Shown one piece after another: positions 28,784-38,806 of a stretch of DNA of 64,000 nt. A model generated the notes under the pieces. That model did not search any database. It was not told the DNA's origin and saw only the letters and a program-made list of their open reading frames with translations. The DNA is from Deltaproteobacteria bacterium. Its GTDB lineage: Bacteria > Desulfobacterota > GWC2-55-46. Numbering within the stretch: the first letter of the stretch is position 1; every line of letters starts with the position of its first letter. The stretch lies in NCBI GenBank assembly GCA_016234855.1, contig JACRNO010000009.1, positions 33,651 through 97,650 of the forward strand, in the 5' to 3' direction. A program made the translations under genes and the position numbers.

Positions 28784-28789
28784 GAATAT

Positions 28790-28798
28790 ATTATATCA
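28790..28798 (-). promoter_or_regulatory. Extended -10 promoter, likely leaderless transcript for the ATPase
   Basis: Minus strand TGA-TATAAT followed by 6 nt and then the ATG at 28783; no SD sequence. Confidence 0.55.
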
Positions 28799-28832
28799 GA
28801 AGACTGAGGCGTTGAAAAACGGCGCGCCCCGC

Positions 28833-28861
28833 TTGAACTTTTAGTAATTACTGATTATAAT
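28833..28861 (+). promoter_or_regulatory. Sigma70 promoter with a palindrome in the spacer
   Basis: TTGAAC-17 nt-TATAAT; perfect palindrome AGTAATTACT at 28843-28852; ATG 9 nt after the -10 box. Confidence 0.6.
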
Positions 28862-28870
28862 AGGCAAGCG

Positions 28871-29527
28871 ATGAAGAAGATAAAGGTGTTCATAGCGGAC
28901 GATCATCCGGTCTTGAGAAGCGGCATAAAGGCCATCTTCGCCGAGCGTACGGAATACGAGGTCGTCGGCGAGGCGGACGGCGGCGTAGAGGCGCTCAAGA
29001 TGATATTCACCGTCAAGCCGGACGTCGTGATCATGGATATCACCATGCCGGACCTTAACGGCATAGAGGCGACCAAACGCATCCTCGAAGAGCGGCCCGA
29101 GGTCAAGGTGGTGATGCTCTCCATGCACACGGACGTCTTTCACGCCATCGACGCCTTCCGGGCCGGCGCCATGGCGTACGTGCTTAAGGACGCGGGCGCG
29201 CCTGAGCTCTTTCAGGCCGTGGAGAAGGTGCTGGCCGGTGAAAAATTCGCCAGCCCGGCCGTGACCGCCGGGCTGCTCAACGACTTTGTGGACACCATCA
29301 GGAAGGAGCAGAGCAGCGACCCTTTCGACACGTTGAGCGCAAGGGAGAAAGAGGTCTTGAGGCTGATAGCGGACGGGTTGACCAGCAAGGAGGTGGCTGA
29401 GAGGCTCTTTATCTCGGTTGCGACCGTCAAGAGCCACCGCAACAACCTTATGAGGAAACTCAACTGCAATGAGATGGCCGGTCTCATAAAGATAGCCATC
29501 CGCAAAGGGCTTGTCACGCCGGAGTAG
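28871..29527 (+). CDS. NarL/LuxR-family DNA-binding response regulator
   Basis: IADDHPVLRSG, VIMDITMPDLNG, LSMH, YVLK, LSAREKEVLRLIADG...ISVATVKSHRNNLMRKL. Confidence 0.93.
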   Translation: MKKIKVFIADDHPVLRSGIKAIFAERTEYEVVGEADGGVEALKMIFTVKPDVVIMDITMPDLNGIEATKRILEERPEVKVVMLSMHTDVFHAIDAFRAGAMAYVLKDAGAPELFQAVEKVLAGEKFASPAVTAGLLNDFVDTIRKEQSSDPFDTLSAREKEVLRLIADGLTSKEVAERLFISVATVKSHRNNLMRKLNCNEMAGLIKIAIRKGLVTPE

Positions 29528-29558
29528 AGCGGCCTTTTTTGCGTAGGCACGAGCTTGT

Positions 29559-29665
29559 GTAGCTCAGGGCTTCAGCTCTGAATAAATGGAGCGGGACGCG
29601 CGGTATCACCTCTAAATATCCGAGCTTAAGCCTAACAGAGGCTCAGGCCTGAAGGCCTGAGCTAC
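29559..29665. repeat. GTAG-family REP doublet (REPIN-like)
   Basis: gtagctcagggcttcagctctga ... tcaggcctgaaggcctgagctac in inverted arrangement. Confidence 0.75.
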
Positions 29666-29712
29666 AATGACAATTCATCTTAATAAATCAGAACTTCCAT
29701 TCCCCCCCGGCT

Positions 29713-30990
29713 TTACGGATAATCCAGTCTGAATGTATATCTCTTCCCGTTCTCGATTAACGATTCACCGTCCTTGAAGGCCTCCTGCTCGCGAGAGCAC
29801 TTCGCGTCCCTGTTAAGGTCTATGCATACCCCGCTCTCTTTGAAGAGGCCGTCGTGGTAGAACTCTTCAAAGGCCACGGCGTCGTATACGGCCTCTTTTA
29901 TGCGCACCTTGCCTTTGTAGTGGCAGGTGGCGTAGAAGTGCGCTCCGCTCGTATTTATGAAGAACCAGAGCTTATACGGCGCCTTGACGGTCTTGCCGTC
30001 CGGCAAGACCGTGTCAACGTCAAGCTCCACAGTGGCCGCCATCTTCAGGGTGCCCTGGTTCTCTATCGGCGGCCCGTCGTCGGTCATGTCCTCGTTGTTG
30101 TTCTTGTCGAGGTAGAGTTCCCACTGCCTGCTTTCGACCTTATCAAGCACGAAGCTGACGAGCGGGTCGTCCGAGTTGCCCAGGCGCATGTAACCGTATA
30201 GCGGCTTGGGCGATGAATAGGCGGGTTCGCGCTTCAAGATCTCGAGAGGCGTTGTCTTCAGGCCCGCGGCGTCGGTCTGACCGACTGAAAGGCCCATGGG
30301 CCAGCCGCTTGGGACGTATATGAAGTCCTTGTATATATTGATATGTAGACTGCCGTCGGCCGAGACCCCCACCGGCTCAGGCCCTGCGCCCGGTATGACC
30401 GTTGTAGCGGCCGGTTCAGGCGCGCTCTTTGACACGGTGGCTGGTGCGGGCGCGTCTTTTGCTGCGGCGGCCGGTTCGGGCTGGGGCTTCGATGCGACAG
30501 TCTCGGGCGCTGGTTTTGGCGTGGTTGGTTCAGGTCTGGTCGCTTCCGGCGTAACAACAGGGGCCGCCTCGGCCGTTGCCGTCTTTTTCCCCTTTGTCCT
30601 GTTGCTTGCGACGGCATTGTCGCGGGCCTCGCCAATGCTGACCTTTACGGCCCAGGGGTCTTCCGTCTTGTATATCGCGTCCATACCAACGACAGCGGCC
30701 AGGGCTTCTTTACTCGTGGAATAAAACCCGATGCGGAGCCTGTAGTAGTGTCGGCCGCGAACGTCGGCCTGCGTAACGTATGCGTTATAGCCCGCCTTAT
30801 TGAAGGCCTCGGCTGCGCTGCGCGCCTCTTCGGCAACGAGAAACGATTTGACGTTGACGGCCCATCTGTTGAGGCCGGGCGCGGCATTGGAGGCTGTCGG
30901 GATAATCGCGGCGAAGATAAAAATGGCCAGGAGAGAGGGTAGGACGGTCTTGACTATATCGTAAAAAGACCCTTTGGCGGTTTTTGGCAT
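29713..30990 (-). CDS. Secreted SPOR-domain protein with Pro/Ala/Thr linker and uncharacterised C-terminal domain
   Basis: Signal peptide; WAVNVKSF...YYRLRIGFY (SPOR-like); PEPA-rich linker; DKNNNEDMTDD and DLNRD loops; GGAGG RBS. Confidence 0.72.
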   Translation of the reverse strand: MPKTAKGSFYDIVKTVLPSLLAIFIFAAIIPTASNAAPGLNRWAVNVKSFLVAEEARSAAEAFNKAGYNAYVTQADVRGRHYYRLRIGFYSTSKEALAAVVGMDAIYKTEDPWAVKVSIGEARDNAVASNRTKGKKTATAEAAPVVTPEATRPEPTTPKPAPETVASKPQPEPAAAAKDAPAPATVSKSAPEPAATTVIPGAGPEPVGVSADGSLHINIYKDFIYVPSGWPMGLSVGQTDAAGLKTTPLEILKREPAYSSPKPLYGYMRLGNSDDPLVSFVLDKVESRQWELYLDKNNNEDMTDDGPPIENQGTLKMAATVELDVDTVLPDGKTVKAPYKLWFFINTSGAHFYATCHYKGKVRIKEAVYDAVAFEEFYHDGLFKESGVCIDLNRDAKCSREQEAFKDGESLIENGKRYTFRLDYP

Positions 30991-30999
30991 CGATACCTC

Positions 31000-31371
31000 C
31001 TACAGGCTGACCTTTATAACGGTCTTTACGTTTCCCCTGACGTTGAAGTCCGCAATGACTTCCATCTGCCGCGGCTTAAGCAGCTTGTTGAGGTCGTTGA
31101 ATATCCTGTTCGCCGCGGCCTCGTGCGAGATGTGGCTCTCGCGAAAGGAGTTTAGGTAGAGCTTGAGCGCTTTCAACTCGACGACAAGCTCATCCGGTGT
31201 GTAGACGAGCCTGATGAGCGCGAAGTCTGGGTAGCCCGAACGCGGGCACAGGCACGTGAACTCCGGGTAGCTGATATCGATTACATAGTCGCGCTCGGGG
31301 TTCGGGTTCGGCCATGCCTCAAGACGGGCCTTTTTCACGGCCTTTTCGCCGTATCTCTTCTTCGTTGGCAT
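31000..31371 (-). CDS. queF: NADPH-dependent 7-cyano-7-deazaguanine (preQ0) reductase, class I
   Basis: [39 protein letters not shown]; start chosen at MPTKK. Confidence 0.95.
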   Translation of the reverse strand: MPTKKRYGEKAVKKARLEAWPNPNPERDYVIDISYPEFTCLCPRSGYPDFALIRLVYTPDELVVELKALKLYLNSFRESHISHEAAANRIFNDLNKLLKPRQMEVIADFNVRGNVKTVIKVSL

Positions 31372-31502
31372 AAGTTTATATCCGTATGCGTTTGGTTTTC
31401 GGGTATAATTACGGCAATGACGCGCCGCGCACTGATTCATATTAGCAGGTCATGGTTTTCGTGTAAAGGGAGTTCGATAAATAAATAAAGGGGGAATGAA
31501 AG

Positions 31503-31853
31503 ATGAATACCGTTACCATAGTGCTTCAGGACGCGCCTTACGGAAACGAGAAGGTCTGGAACGCGCTGCGCCTGTCGCAGGCGCTTCTGTCCGTCGGGTC
31601 GAAGGTGCGCATATTCCTATACGGCGACAGCGTCATAGCCGCCAAGACCGGGCAGACGCCTCCCAAGGGTTATTACAATATCGGCGAGATGCTCAAGGGG
31701 CTTGTGGACAGGGGCGTCGAGGTGCGCTCGTGCCTTACCTGCACCAGCGCGCGCGGCCTTACGCAGGCCGACTTTGTCGAAGGCGTCGTCGTCGGCAAGA
31801 CGCTTGACCTCGCGCATTGGATAGCCGAAGGCGGGCAGGTGATGGTCTTTTGA
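31503..31853 (+). CDS. DsrE/F-like (YchN-type) protein
   Basis: APYGNEKVWNALRL, FLYGDSV, GYYNIGEML, CLTCTSARG. Confidence 0.88.
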   Translation: MNTVTIVLQDAPYGNEKVWNALRLSQALLSVGSKVRIFLYGDSVIAAKTGQTPPKGYYNIGEMLKGLVDRGVEVRSCLTCTSARGLTQADFVEGVVVGKTLDLAHWIAEGGQVMVF

Positions 31854-32067
31854 GACGGGCGTCTCATGGACGACGGGATTGGCCGTCTCCAATTCCAGGC
31901 ATTGCCAATCAGGTATATTTGCGTGCCGTAATTGTAAAGGTTGGAGTAAACAGCCCCGTTGTCAAACCGCGAGCCTCCTTGATTGTCTCCCCCCGGTGTG
32001 CTACTTTTTAAATGACGGTAATGCGCTGTTTTTTTTAACAGGTTGCGTGGAAACCCAAAACTCGTTA

Positions 32068-32270
32068 AGGCTGCTCAAAAAGCTCCATAGACCCACGCTT
32101 CTCGCGTGGGTTCCCCGAGGCGTCGAGAAGCGAGGAATGAGGCTGGGTTCCCGTTGCCGCCAGCCAAAGGCTGGCTAATGCAACGGGAAGTTTGTGTATA
32201 CGCCGCAGTGACGAGCCGGGGCACCCGCGCCAAGCGGCGCGGGTCGGACAACGAAGCAGATGGACTTTTG
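32068..32270 (+). mobile_element. MITE-like element, degenerate copy with two extra hairpin modules
   Basis: Collinear with the reverse complement of 50664-50811 (ggctgctcaaaaag, gcgaggaatgaggc, tgtgtatacgccgcagtgacgag, gcgcgggtcggacaac); right terminal repeat eroded. Confidence 0.75.
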
Positions 32271-32365
32271 AAGATCTACGTTCTTGTTGGTAAGGTAGTT
32301 TCCATTTAAAGGTTCGCCTTTGGCGAACTGCCAAACAGCAGTCTGTTAGTAATCAGGCGGATTGA

Positions 32366-34570
32366 ATGCCCCGACCGATGCCCCGTTTCAGCCATATATG
32401 CGCTCAGGCGTTTTCCTGGGCGGCCGTCTGCGTCCTTATGCTGGGGTCTGCCGGCTGTACGCCTAATAACCCCTATCGCGACGTTGAGCGGCGCTCGGAT
32501 ATCTTCTATACCACCTTTTATGAGCCGCCCAAGCACCTTGACCCGGGCCGCGCATACAGCTCAGACGAGTACGACCTGCTCGGCCAGATATACGAGCCGC
32601 CGCTCCAGTACCACTATCTCAAGCGGCCTTATGTCCTTATACCGGGCAGCGCCGCTGCCGTGCCTTCGCCCGTCTATGAACCCGTAAAGGGCGGCGGGGT
32701 AAGGGCGGTCTACGAGATAAAGATAAAGAAGGGGCTTGCATACGGCCCGCATCCGGCCTTTGCAAGAAAACCGGACGGCTCTCCCGTTTACGCCAACCTT
32801 ACCGAAGACGCGCTCAATGGCATTGACGAGATAAGGGACTTTCCAATCAAGGGCTCGCGCGAGGCGACTGCGGATGATTTTATCTACGGGATAAAACGCC
32901 TTGCAGACCCGCAGGTCGAGTGTCCGATACTGCCGATACTTGAAAAATATATACTGGGCCTTTCCGAATACAGCGCGGCGCTCAAGGCCGACCTCGACGG
33001 GATACGCGCCCGGAGGAAGGAGGCCGCTGGAGCTGGTTATAACCGCGAGCTCGACGAGCGCGAAAGGCCGATACTGCTCGATTACGGCAGCCACCCGTTT
33101 CCGGGCGCGGTGAAGGTGGACGCCTACACCTACCGGATAATCCTCAAGACCAGGTACCCGCAGTTCATCTACTGGCTGGCCATGCCGTTTTTCGCGCCGG
33201 TGCCCGAAGAGGCGGCTGTATTTTACAAGCAATCCGCGCTTGCCGCAAGGAACATTACTCTCGACCGCTTCCCCGTCGGTACCGGGCCGTATATGATGGA
33301 CGCGTTCAACCCGAACATGGAGATTGCGCTCGTCAGGAATCCGGCCTTCCACGGCGAGGGATACCCGTCCGATGGCGAGCCGGAGGACAAGCGCGCCGGG
33401 CTGCTTGACGACGCGGGCGCGCCGCTGCCGTTTATCGAAAAGATAGTCTTCAAGCTTGAGAAGGAGGCCATCCCGCGCTGGAACAAGTTTCTGCAGGGTT
33501 ATTACGACAACTCCGGCATCACCTCAGACAGTTTCGATCAGGCCGTCTCCATATCGACGACCGGCAGGGCCGAGCTGACCGAGTCGATGAAAGACAAGGG
33601 GATAACGCTTACGACGTCCGTGCGTCCCTCGACGTATTACGCCGGTTTCAATATGCTCGACCCGGTCGTCGGCGGCTACACGCCGTCGAGGCAGAAGCTC
33701 CGTCAGGCCGTCTCCATCGCCCTCGACTTTGAGGAGCATGTCGAGATATTCAATAACGGCAGGGGGATACCCGCGCACTCGCCCCTGCCGCCGGGGATAT
33801 TCGGTTACAAGGAAGGGCGCGACGGGATTAACCCGTACGTCTACAAGTGGGACGAAGACCGCGCCCGGCCGGTGAGGCGCTCCATCGAATATGCGCGCAG
33901 GCTCATGGTTGAGGCCGGCTACCCCGAGGGCCGCGACAGGGACGGCCAGCCCCTTGTCATAACCTTTGATAACCCGTGGACGGGCGTGGACTCCACGCCG
34001 GTCATAAACTGGTATATAAAGAAGTTCAGGCTCCTCGGCATACAGCTTGAGAACCGCACCACCGACTACAACAGGTTCCAGGAGAAGATGCTCAAGGGCA
34101 ACTTCCAGTTCTTCTCATGGGGCTGGAACGCCGATTATCCAGACCCTGAGAATTTTTTCTTTTTACTTGCGTCCTCGAGCGGCAAGGTAAGTCATCAGGG
34201 CGAGAACGCCGCCAACTATTCGAACCCGGAGTTTGACAGGCTCTTCAAGGTGATGGAAAATATGGATAACTCCCCTGAGCGCCGGCGTATAATAGGCGCC
34301 ATGACGGATATCGTTCAGGCCGACTCGCCGTGGGTCTGGGGGTATTACCCCGTTGGGTTCGGGCTGCATCACCAATGGGTAGGCAATATAAAGCCGAATG
34401 CGATGGCCAACAACACCATGAAGTACGTGAAGATTGACGCCGCCATGCGCGACGGATTGAGGCGCGAATGGAACCGGCCCGGCTGGGCGCCCGTTCTTGC
34501 GGCCGCAGCCGTGCTTGCGGCGCTCGCGGCCGCGGCCGTTGCGGCCGCGCGGCGCAGGGCGCGGTTATGA
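32366..34570 (+). CDS. Peptide ABC transporter substrate-binding lipoprotein (SBP family 5)
   Basis: Lipobox SAGC, PKHLDP, YEPPLQY, VGTGPY, KLRQAVSIA, WNADYPDPENF; exact start uncertain. Confidence 0.88.
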   Translation: MPRPMPRFSHICAQAFSWAAVCVLMLGSAGCTPNNPYRDVERRSDIFYTTFYEPPKHLDPGRAYSSDEYDLLGQIYEPPLQYHYLKRPYVLIPGSAAAVPSPVYEPVKGGGVRAVYEIKIKKGLAYGPHPAFARKPDGSPVYANLTEDALNGIDEIRDFPIKGSREATADDFIYGIKRLADPQVECPILPILEKYILGLSEYSAALKADLDGIRARRKEAAGAGYNRELDERERPILLDYGSHPFPGAVKVDAYTYRIILKTRYPQFIYWLAMPFFAPVPEEAAVFYKQSALAARNITLDRFPVGTGPYMMDAFNPNMEIALVRNPAFHGEGYPSDGEPEDKRAGLLDDAGAPLPFIEKIVFKLEKEAIPRWNKFLQGYYDNSGITSDSFDQAVSISTTGRAELTESMKDKGITLTTSVRPSTYYAGFNMLDPVVGGYTPSRQKLRQAVSIALDFEEHVEIFNNGRGIPAHSPLPPGIFGYKEGRDGINPYVYKWDEDRARPVRRSIEYARRLMVEAGYPEGRDRDGQPLVITFDNPWTGVDSTPVINWYIKKFRLLGIQLENRTTDYNRFQEKMLKGNFQFFSWGWNADYPDPENFFFLLASSSGKVSHQGENAANYSNPEFDRLFKVMENMDNSPERRRIIGAMTDIVQADSPWVWGYYPVGFGLHHQWVGNIKPNAMANNTMKYVKIDAAMRDGLRREWNRPGWAPVLAAAAVLAALAAAAVAAARRRARL

Positions 34571-34610
34571 CGGCGATATATTCCTTTCATCGTAAGACAC
34601 GGTCAATGCT

Positions 34611-35591
34611 ATGTTTTCTTACATCATAAGGCGCGTCCTGTACGCGATACCGATAGTCGTGGGCGTCAACGTCCTTACGGCCCTGCTCTTCTTCTACGTC
34701 AACACGCCGGACGATATGGCGCGAAAGATGCTGGGCGAGAAGAACGTCACCCCTGCCGCCGTCGAGAACTGGAAGTCCGAGCACGGGTATAACCTTCCGG
34801 CCTTTATCAACGCGGGCGAGGCCGGTCTCGGCGCGGTGACGCAGACGATATTCTTCCAGAAGTCGGCCCCGCTCCTGTGGCTGGACTTCGGGCGCTCCGA
34901 CCGCAACAACATAGACATAGGCCGCGAGATAAAGACGCGGATGTGGCCGTCGCTGGCCATAAGCATACCTATCTTCATCGCGGGGCTCGTGACCGAGCTC
35001 TTCGTGGCCATGATACTGGCCTACTGCCGCGGGACGTTTCTCGACCTGTGGGGGCTCGTCGTAACCGTCGTCATGATGTCGGTATCCACCCTCTTTTATA
35101 TAATCGGCGGGCAGTACATGCTCGGCAAGTATCTGATGCTCTTTCCGATATCAGGCTACGATATCGGGCTGCACTCGATGAAGTTCCTCGTCCTCCCGGC
35201 GGTCGTCGGCGTTATAAGCGGCGTCGGCGCCGGAGTGCGTTTTTACAGGACGGTCTTTCTGGAAGAGATGGGTAAGGACTACATACGCACGGCGCGCGCC
35301 AAGGGGCTGTCCGAAGGCGCGGTGCTTTTCAAGCACGCCCTGAAAAACGCCATGATACCGGTGCTCACGAACGTCGTCGTCTCCATCCCGTTTCTCTTCT
35401 ACGGCAGCCTCATCATGGAGACCTTCTTCTCCATACCGGGGCTCGGCAGTTTTACCATAGACGCGATACAGTCGCAGGACTTCGCCATAGTCCGTTCGAT
35501 GGTCTACCTTGGTTCGATACTCTATATCGCCGGTCTGCTCCTTACGGACATAAGTTATACGCTTGTGGACCCGAGGGTGAGGCTCGAATGA
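34611..35591 (+). CDS. Peptide ABC permease (OppB/DppB-like)
   Basis: YIIRRVLYAIP, DFGRS, EAA loop DYIRTARAKGLSE...HALKNA, YTLVDPRVR. Confidence 0.92.
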   Translation: MFSYIIRRVLYAIPIVVGVNVLTALLFFYVNTPDDMARKMLGEKNVTPAAVENWKSEHGYNLPAFINAGEAGLGAVTQTIFFQKSAPLLWLDFGRSDRNNIDIGREIKTRMWPSLAISIPIFIAGLVTELFVAMILAYCRGTFLDLWGLVVTVVMMSVSTLFYIIGGQYMLGKYLMLFPISGYDIGLHSMKFLVLPAVVGVISGVGAGVRFYRTVFLEEMGKDYIRTARAKGLSEGAVLFKHALKNAMIPVLTNVVVSIPFLFYGSLIMETFFSIPGLGSFTIDAIQSQDFAIVRSMVYLGSILYIAGLLLTDISYTLVDPRVRLE

Positions 35592-35658
35592 TTAATCTTT
35601 TTTTTCGCCAGCCTGCTGAGGGAATTTTCTATAGCAGCGGTTTGGAGATATCAAGACC

Positions 35659-36828
35659 ATGCCGGTAATCCTTGCAACGGACATAATCGTCTATATCCTT
35701 GCCGCGGGCGCGCTGTGGGCGGCGTTTGCGGTCTTTGGCCAGGGGGCGGCGGCAGCGGCGTGGAAGGAGCTTCGCAGGCGCAGGCTCGCCATGGCCTCGC
35801 TGGCCGTGCTCGCGCTCTATCTGCTCGTCGGTCTATCGGACAGCATCCGCTACAGGGACACAGTGCGCGGGGCCGGCGGCCCGGTCGTAAACGGGGAGCA
35901 GGGGGCGGTCTACAGCGCCGAGGCCCTGAGCCTTCTTGACCGCGCGCTTTCGGGGTTTCGCACGAGAACGGAGAAGACCTACTCAGCGCCGTTCGCCGGA
36001 CGCCTCTTCGGCAAGGAGACGATGGAGGCCCCCGACGGCGCCGTTGTGCGCGATTATCCCGCGCTGAAGCACCCGGGCGGCCATTGGCTCGGCACTGACA
36101 AGGTCGGCGGCGATATCTTCTTCATCGGGCTCAAGGGCGTGCGCACGGGCCTTGTCATAGGCGCGGGCGCGACCCTTGTCATCATCCCGTTCGCTATCTT
36201 CTTCGGGGTCGTCGCGGGCTACTTCGGCGGCATCGTCGACGACGTCGTCCAGTACGTCTATACGACCCTTGCGTCCATTCCGGGCGTGCTGCTTATAGTC
36301 GCCTTCATGCTCCTCTTCGGCAGCCGCGGGTATCAGGGCGGTTTGATTTCGTCTCACGACGTGGTCTTCGGAGTCCTTGTGCCTAACGACAGGCTCTTCT
36401 GGCTCTGTCTGATATTGGGTATAACGTCGTGGACTGATCTGTGCAGGCTCATACGGGGCGAGACCCTGAAGCTGCGCGAGATGGAATACGTTGCCGCGGC
36501 GCGGACCTTCGGGGCAGGCGGGCTGCGCATCATCTACAGGCATATCGTGCCGAACCTCATGCACCTCGTCCTCATCACCTTCGTGCTTCAGTTCAGCGGT
36601 CTGGTGCTGGCCGAGTCCGTGCTCAGCTATATAGGCATAGGCGTAGGCCCTGAGATGGGCAGTTGGGGCAATATGATCAACACGGCGCGCCTGGAGCTCT
36701 CGCGCGAGCCGGTCGTCTGGTGGAATCTCCTTGCGGCGTTCATCTTCATGTTCGGCCTCGTCCTGCCCGCCAACATATTCGGCGACGCGGTGCGCGACGC
36801 GCTCGACCCGCGGCTCAGGGGGAGGTAA
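35659..36828 (+). CDS. Peptide ABC permease (OppC/DppC-like)
   Basis: HWLGTDKVGGD, GVVAGYFGG, EYVAAARTFGA...HIVPN, GDAVRDALDPR. Confidence 0.92.
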   Translation: MPVILATDIIVYILAAGALWAAFAVFGQGAAAAAWKELRRRRLAMASLAVLALYLLVGLSDSIRYRDTVRGAGGPVVNGEQGAVYSAEALSLLDRALSGFRTRTEKTYSAPFAGRLFGKETMEAPDGAVVRDYPALKHPGGHWLGTDKVGGDIFFIGLKGVRTGLVIGAGATLVIIPFAIFFGVVAGYFGGIVDDVVQYVYTTLASIPGVLLIVAFMLLFGSRGYQGGLISSHDVVFGVLVPNDRLFWLCLILGITSWTDLCRLIRGETLKLREMEYVAAARTFGAGGLRIIYRHIVPNLMHLVLITFVLQFSGLVLAESVLSYIGIGVGPEMGSWGNMINTARLELSREPVVWWNLLAAFIFMFGLVLPANIFGDAVRDALDPRLRGR

Positions 36829-36832
36829 GGTT

Positions 36833-38722
36833 ATGGCTGAGCGTGTCATAGAGGTCAAAGACCTCAGGACATACTTCAAGACCTCCAACGGCATAGCAAA
36901 GGCCGTTGACGGGGTCTCGTTCGGCATCGAGCGCGGGGCTACCTTCGCGCTTGTTGGCGAGTCCGGCTGCGGCAAATCCGTCACCGCCCTCTCTATCATC
37001 CAGCTCATACACGGGCCCGCCGGGTTCGTCGCCGGCGGGGAGATCATCTTCGACGGGCGCGATATAACCGGGCTCGACGAGGACGCCAAGCGCGAGATAC
37101 GCGGGGCGCGGATATCCATGATATTCCAGGAGCCGATGACCTCGCTCAACCCGGTCTTCACCGTTGGGGAGCAGGTCTCGGAGACCATCCGGCTGCACCA
37201 GAAAAAGCCGGCTTCCGAGGCGCGCGAGATTGCGATAGAGATGTTCCGGCAGGTGAAACTGCCCGAGCCTGAGGCCGTCTTTGACGAGTACCCGCACCGC
37301 CTTTCCGGCGGCATGCGTCAGAGGGTCATGATAGCCATGGCGGCCGCCTGCCGTCCCGACCTGCTTATCGCGGACGAGCCGACCACCGCGCTCGACGTGA
37401 CGATACAGGACGAGATACTCAACCTCATCTCCGAGTTGAAGAAGACCTTCGGCACGGCCGTGCTCCTCATCACCCACAATATGGCGCTCGTCTATAACAA
37501 CGCCGATACGGTCGGGGTCATGTACGCGGGTAAGCTCGTGGAATGCGCGTCCGCGAAGACGGTCTTTCGTAACCCCATGCACCCGTACACGGTCAAGCTC
37601 CTGCGTTCGATACCCGGCAGCGAGAAGCGCGGCCTTCAGCTCGATACCATTGCCGGCAGCGTTCCCGCGGCTACGGATTATCCTATCGGGTGTCATTTCG
37701 CAGGGCGGTGCCCGAGACAGATGCATGGCTGCGCCTCAATCGAGCCGGGGCTTGTGGAGCGTGGCGCAGGCCACCTTGTCGCCTGCCATCTTCACGACCC
37801 CGCCTTTATGGCTACCGCTGACGCAAAGAGCCTGCGCCATGAGCCGGACGGTCTTTCGCCGCTCTTCGCGCCGGTTGTCGAGTGTGAGACGCTCATGGAG
37901 GTGAGGGGGCTCAAGATGTGGTATCCGGTGCGTCGCGGCTTGTTCAGAAAGACGGTCGGTCATGTAAAGGCGGTCGATGGGATAGACCTTACTATCAGAC
38001 GGGGGGCGACCACCGCGCTCGTAGGCGAGTCGGGCTGCGGCAAGACCACGGCCGGCAAGGCGCTCATCAGGCTCCTCGCGCCCACGGCGGGCGAGATACG
38101 CTTCGGCGGGGCGGACCTCGCGGGTCTGCGCGAGAAGGACCTGCGCTCGCTGCGTTCGCGCGTGCAGATGATATTCCAGGATCCGTACTCGTCCCTGAAT
38201 CCGCGTCTGACGATAAGGGATACAGTCGAGGAGGGGATTGCCGTCCTGATGCCGGGGATGAGCGCCGCGGACAGGCTTGCAAAGGCGGCCCGAACCCTTG
38301 AGCGCGTCGGGCTCGGCCAGGAGGTACTCGGCCGGTATCCGCATGAGTTTTCCGGCGGTCAGCGCCAGAGGATAGGCATTGCGCGCGCCCTTGCCGTTGA
38401 CCCGGAGTTTATCGTCTGCGACGAGGCGGTCTCGGCCCTTGACGTGTCCGTGCAGGCGCAGATACTCAACCTCCTTAAATCCATCCAACGCGAGACGGGC
38501 ATCGCCTTTCTCTTCATCACGCACGACCTTGGGGTGGTGGAGTATATCGCCGATGATGTGGCGGTCATGTATGCCGGGCGCATCGTGGAGTCCGGCACGG
38601 TAGAGGAAATATTTACAAGGCCGAAGGCGGATTATACGAAGAGGCTGCTTGCCGCCGTGCCGAGGATAGATAGGGAATTGTTAAAGGGCTGGGTTCTGCC
38701 CGACGGCGCGGCGGACGCTTGA
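36833..38722 (+). CDS. Fused double ABC ATPase (OppD-OppF type)
   Basis: Two NBDs: GESGCGKS / LSGGMRQR / ADEPTTALD and GESGCGKT / FSGGQRQR / CDEAVSALD; Cys-rich GCHFAGRCP; start chosen at MAERV. Confidence 0.93.
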   Translation: MAERVIEVKDLRTYFKTSNGIAKAVDGVSFGIERGATFALVGESGCGKSVTALSIIQLIHGPAGFVAGGEIIFDGRDITGLDEDAKREIRGARISMIFQEPMTSLNPVFTVGEQVSETIRLHQKKPASEAREIAIEMFRQVKLPEPEAVFDEYPHRLSGGMRQRVMIAMAAACRPDLLIADEPTTALDVTIQDEILNLISELKKTFGTAVLLITHNMALVYNNADTVGVMYAGKLVECASAKTVFRNPMHPYTVKLLRSIPGSEKRGLQLDTIAGSVPAATDYPIGCHFAGRCPRQMHGCASIEPGLVERGAGHLVACHLHDPAFMATADAKSLRHEPDGLSPLFAPVVECETLMEVRGLKMWYPVRRGLFRKTVGHVKAVDGIDLTIRRGATTALVGESGCGKTTAGKALIRLLAPTAGEIRFGGADLAGLREKDLRSLRSRVQMIFQDPYSSLNPRLTIRDTVEEGIAVLMPGMSAADRLAKAARTLERVGLGQEVLGRYPHEFSGGQRQRIGIARALAVDPEFIVCDEAVSALDVSVQAQILNLLKSIQRETGIAFLFITHDLGVVEYIADDVAVMYAGRIVESGTVEEIFTRPKADYTKRLLAAVPRIDRELLKGWVLPDGAADA

Positions 38723-38724
38723 TG

Positions 38725-38762
38725 AAAAAAACGGCCGGAGAGGCGTTGCCTGCTTCCGGCCG
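38725..38762 (-). terminator. Intrinsic terminator between convergent genes
   Basis: Stem cggccgga / tccggccg next to an A7 run (U7 on the minus strand). Confidence 0.6.
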
Positions 38763-38806
38763 AGCGGTTATCGTCATTATGCCGGTAATAAGACGGGTTA
38801 TGCGGC

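Noticed and set aside
31372-31500. preQ1 riboswitch upstream of queF
   Set aside because: No preQ1-I stem-loop with A-rich tail or other class pattern recognised by eye; an Rfam scan would settle it
31940-32005. gtaaacagcccc...gagcctcc resembling an IS200/IS605 end or HEARO-like RNA start
   Set aside because: Hairpin poorly formed, no second copy and no TnpA/TnpB nearby
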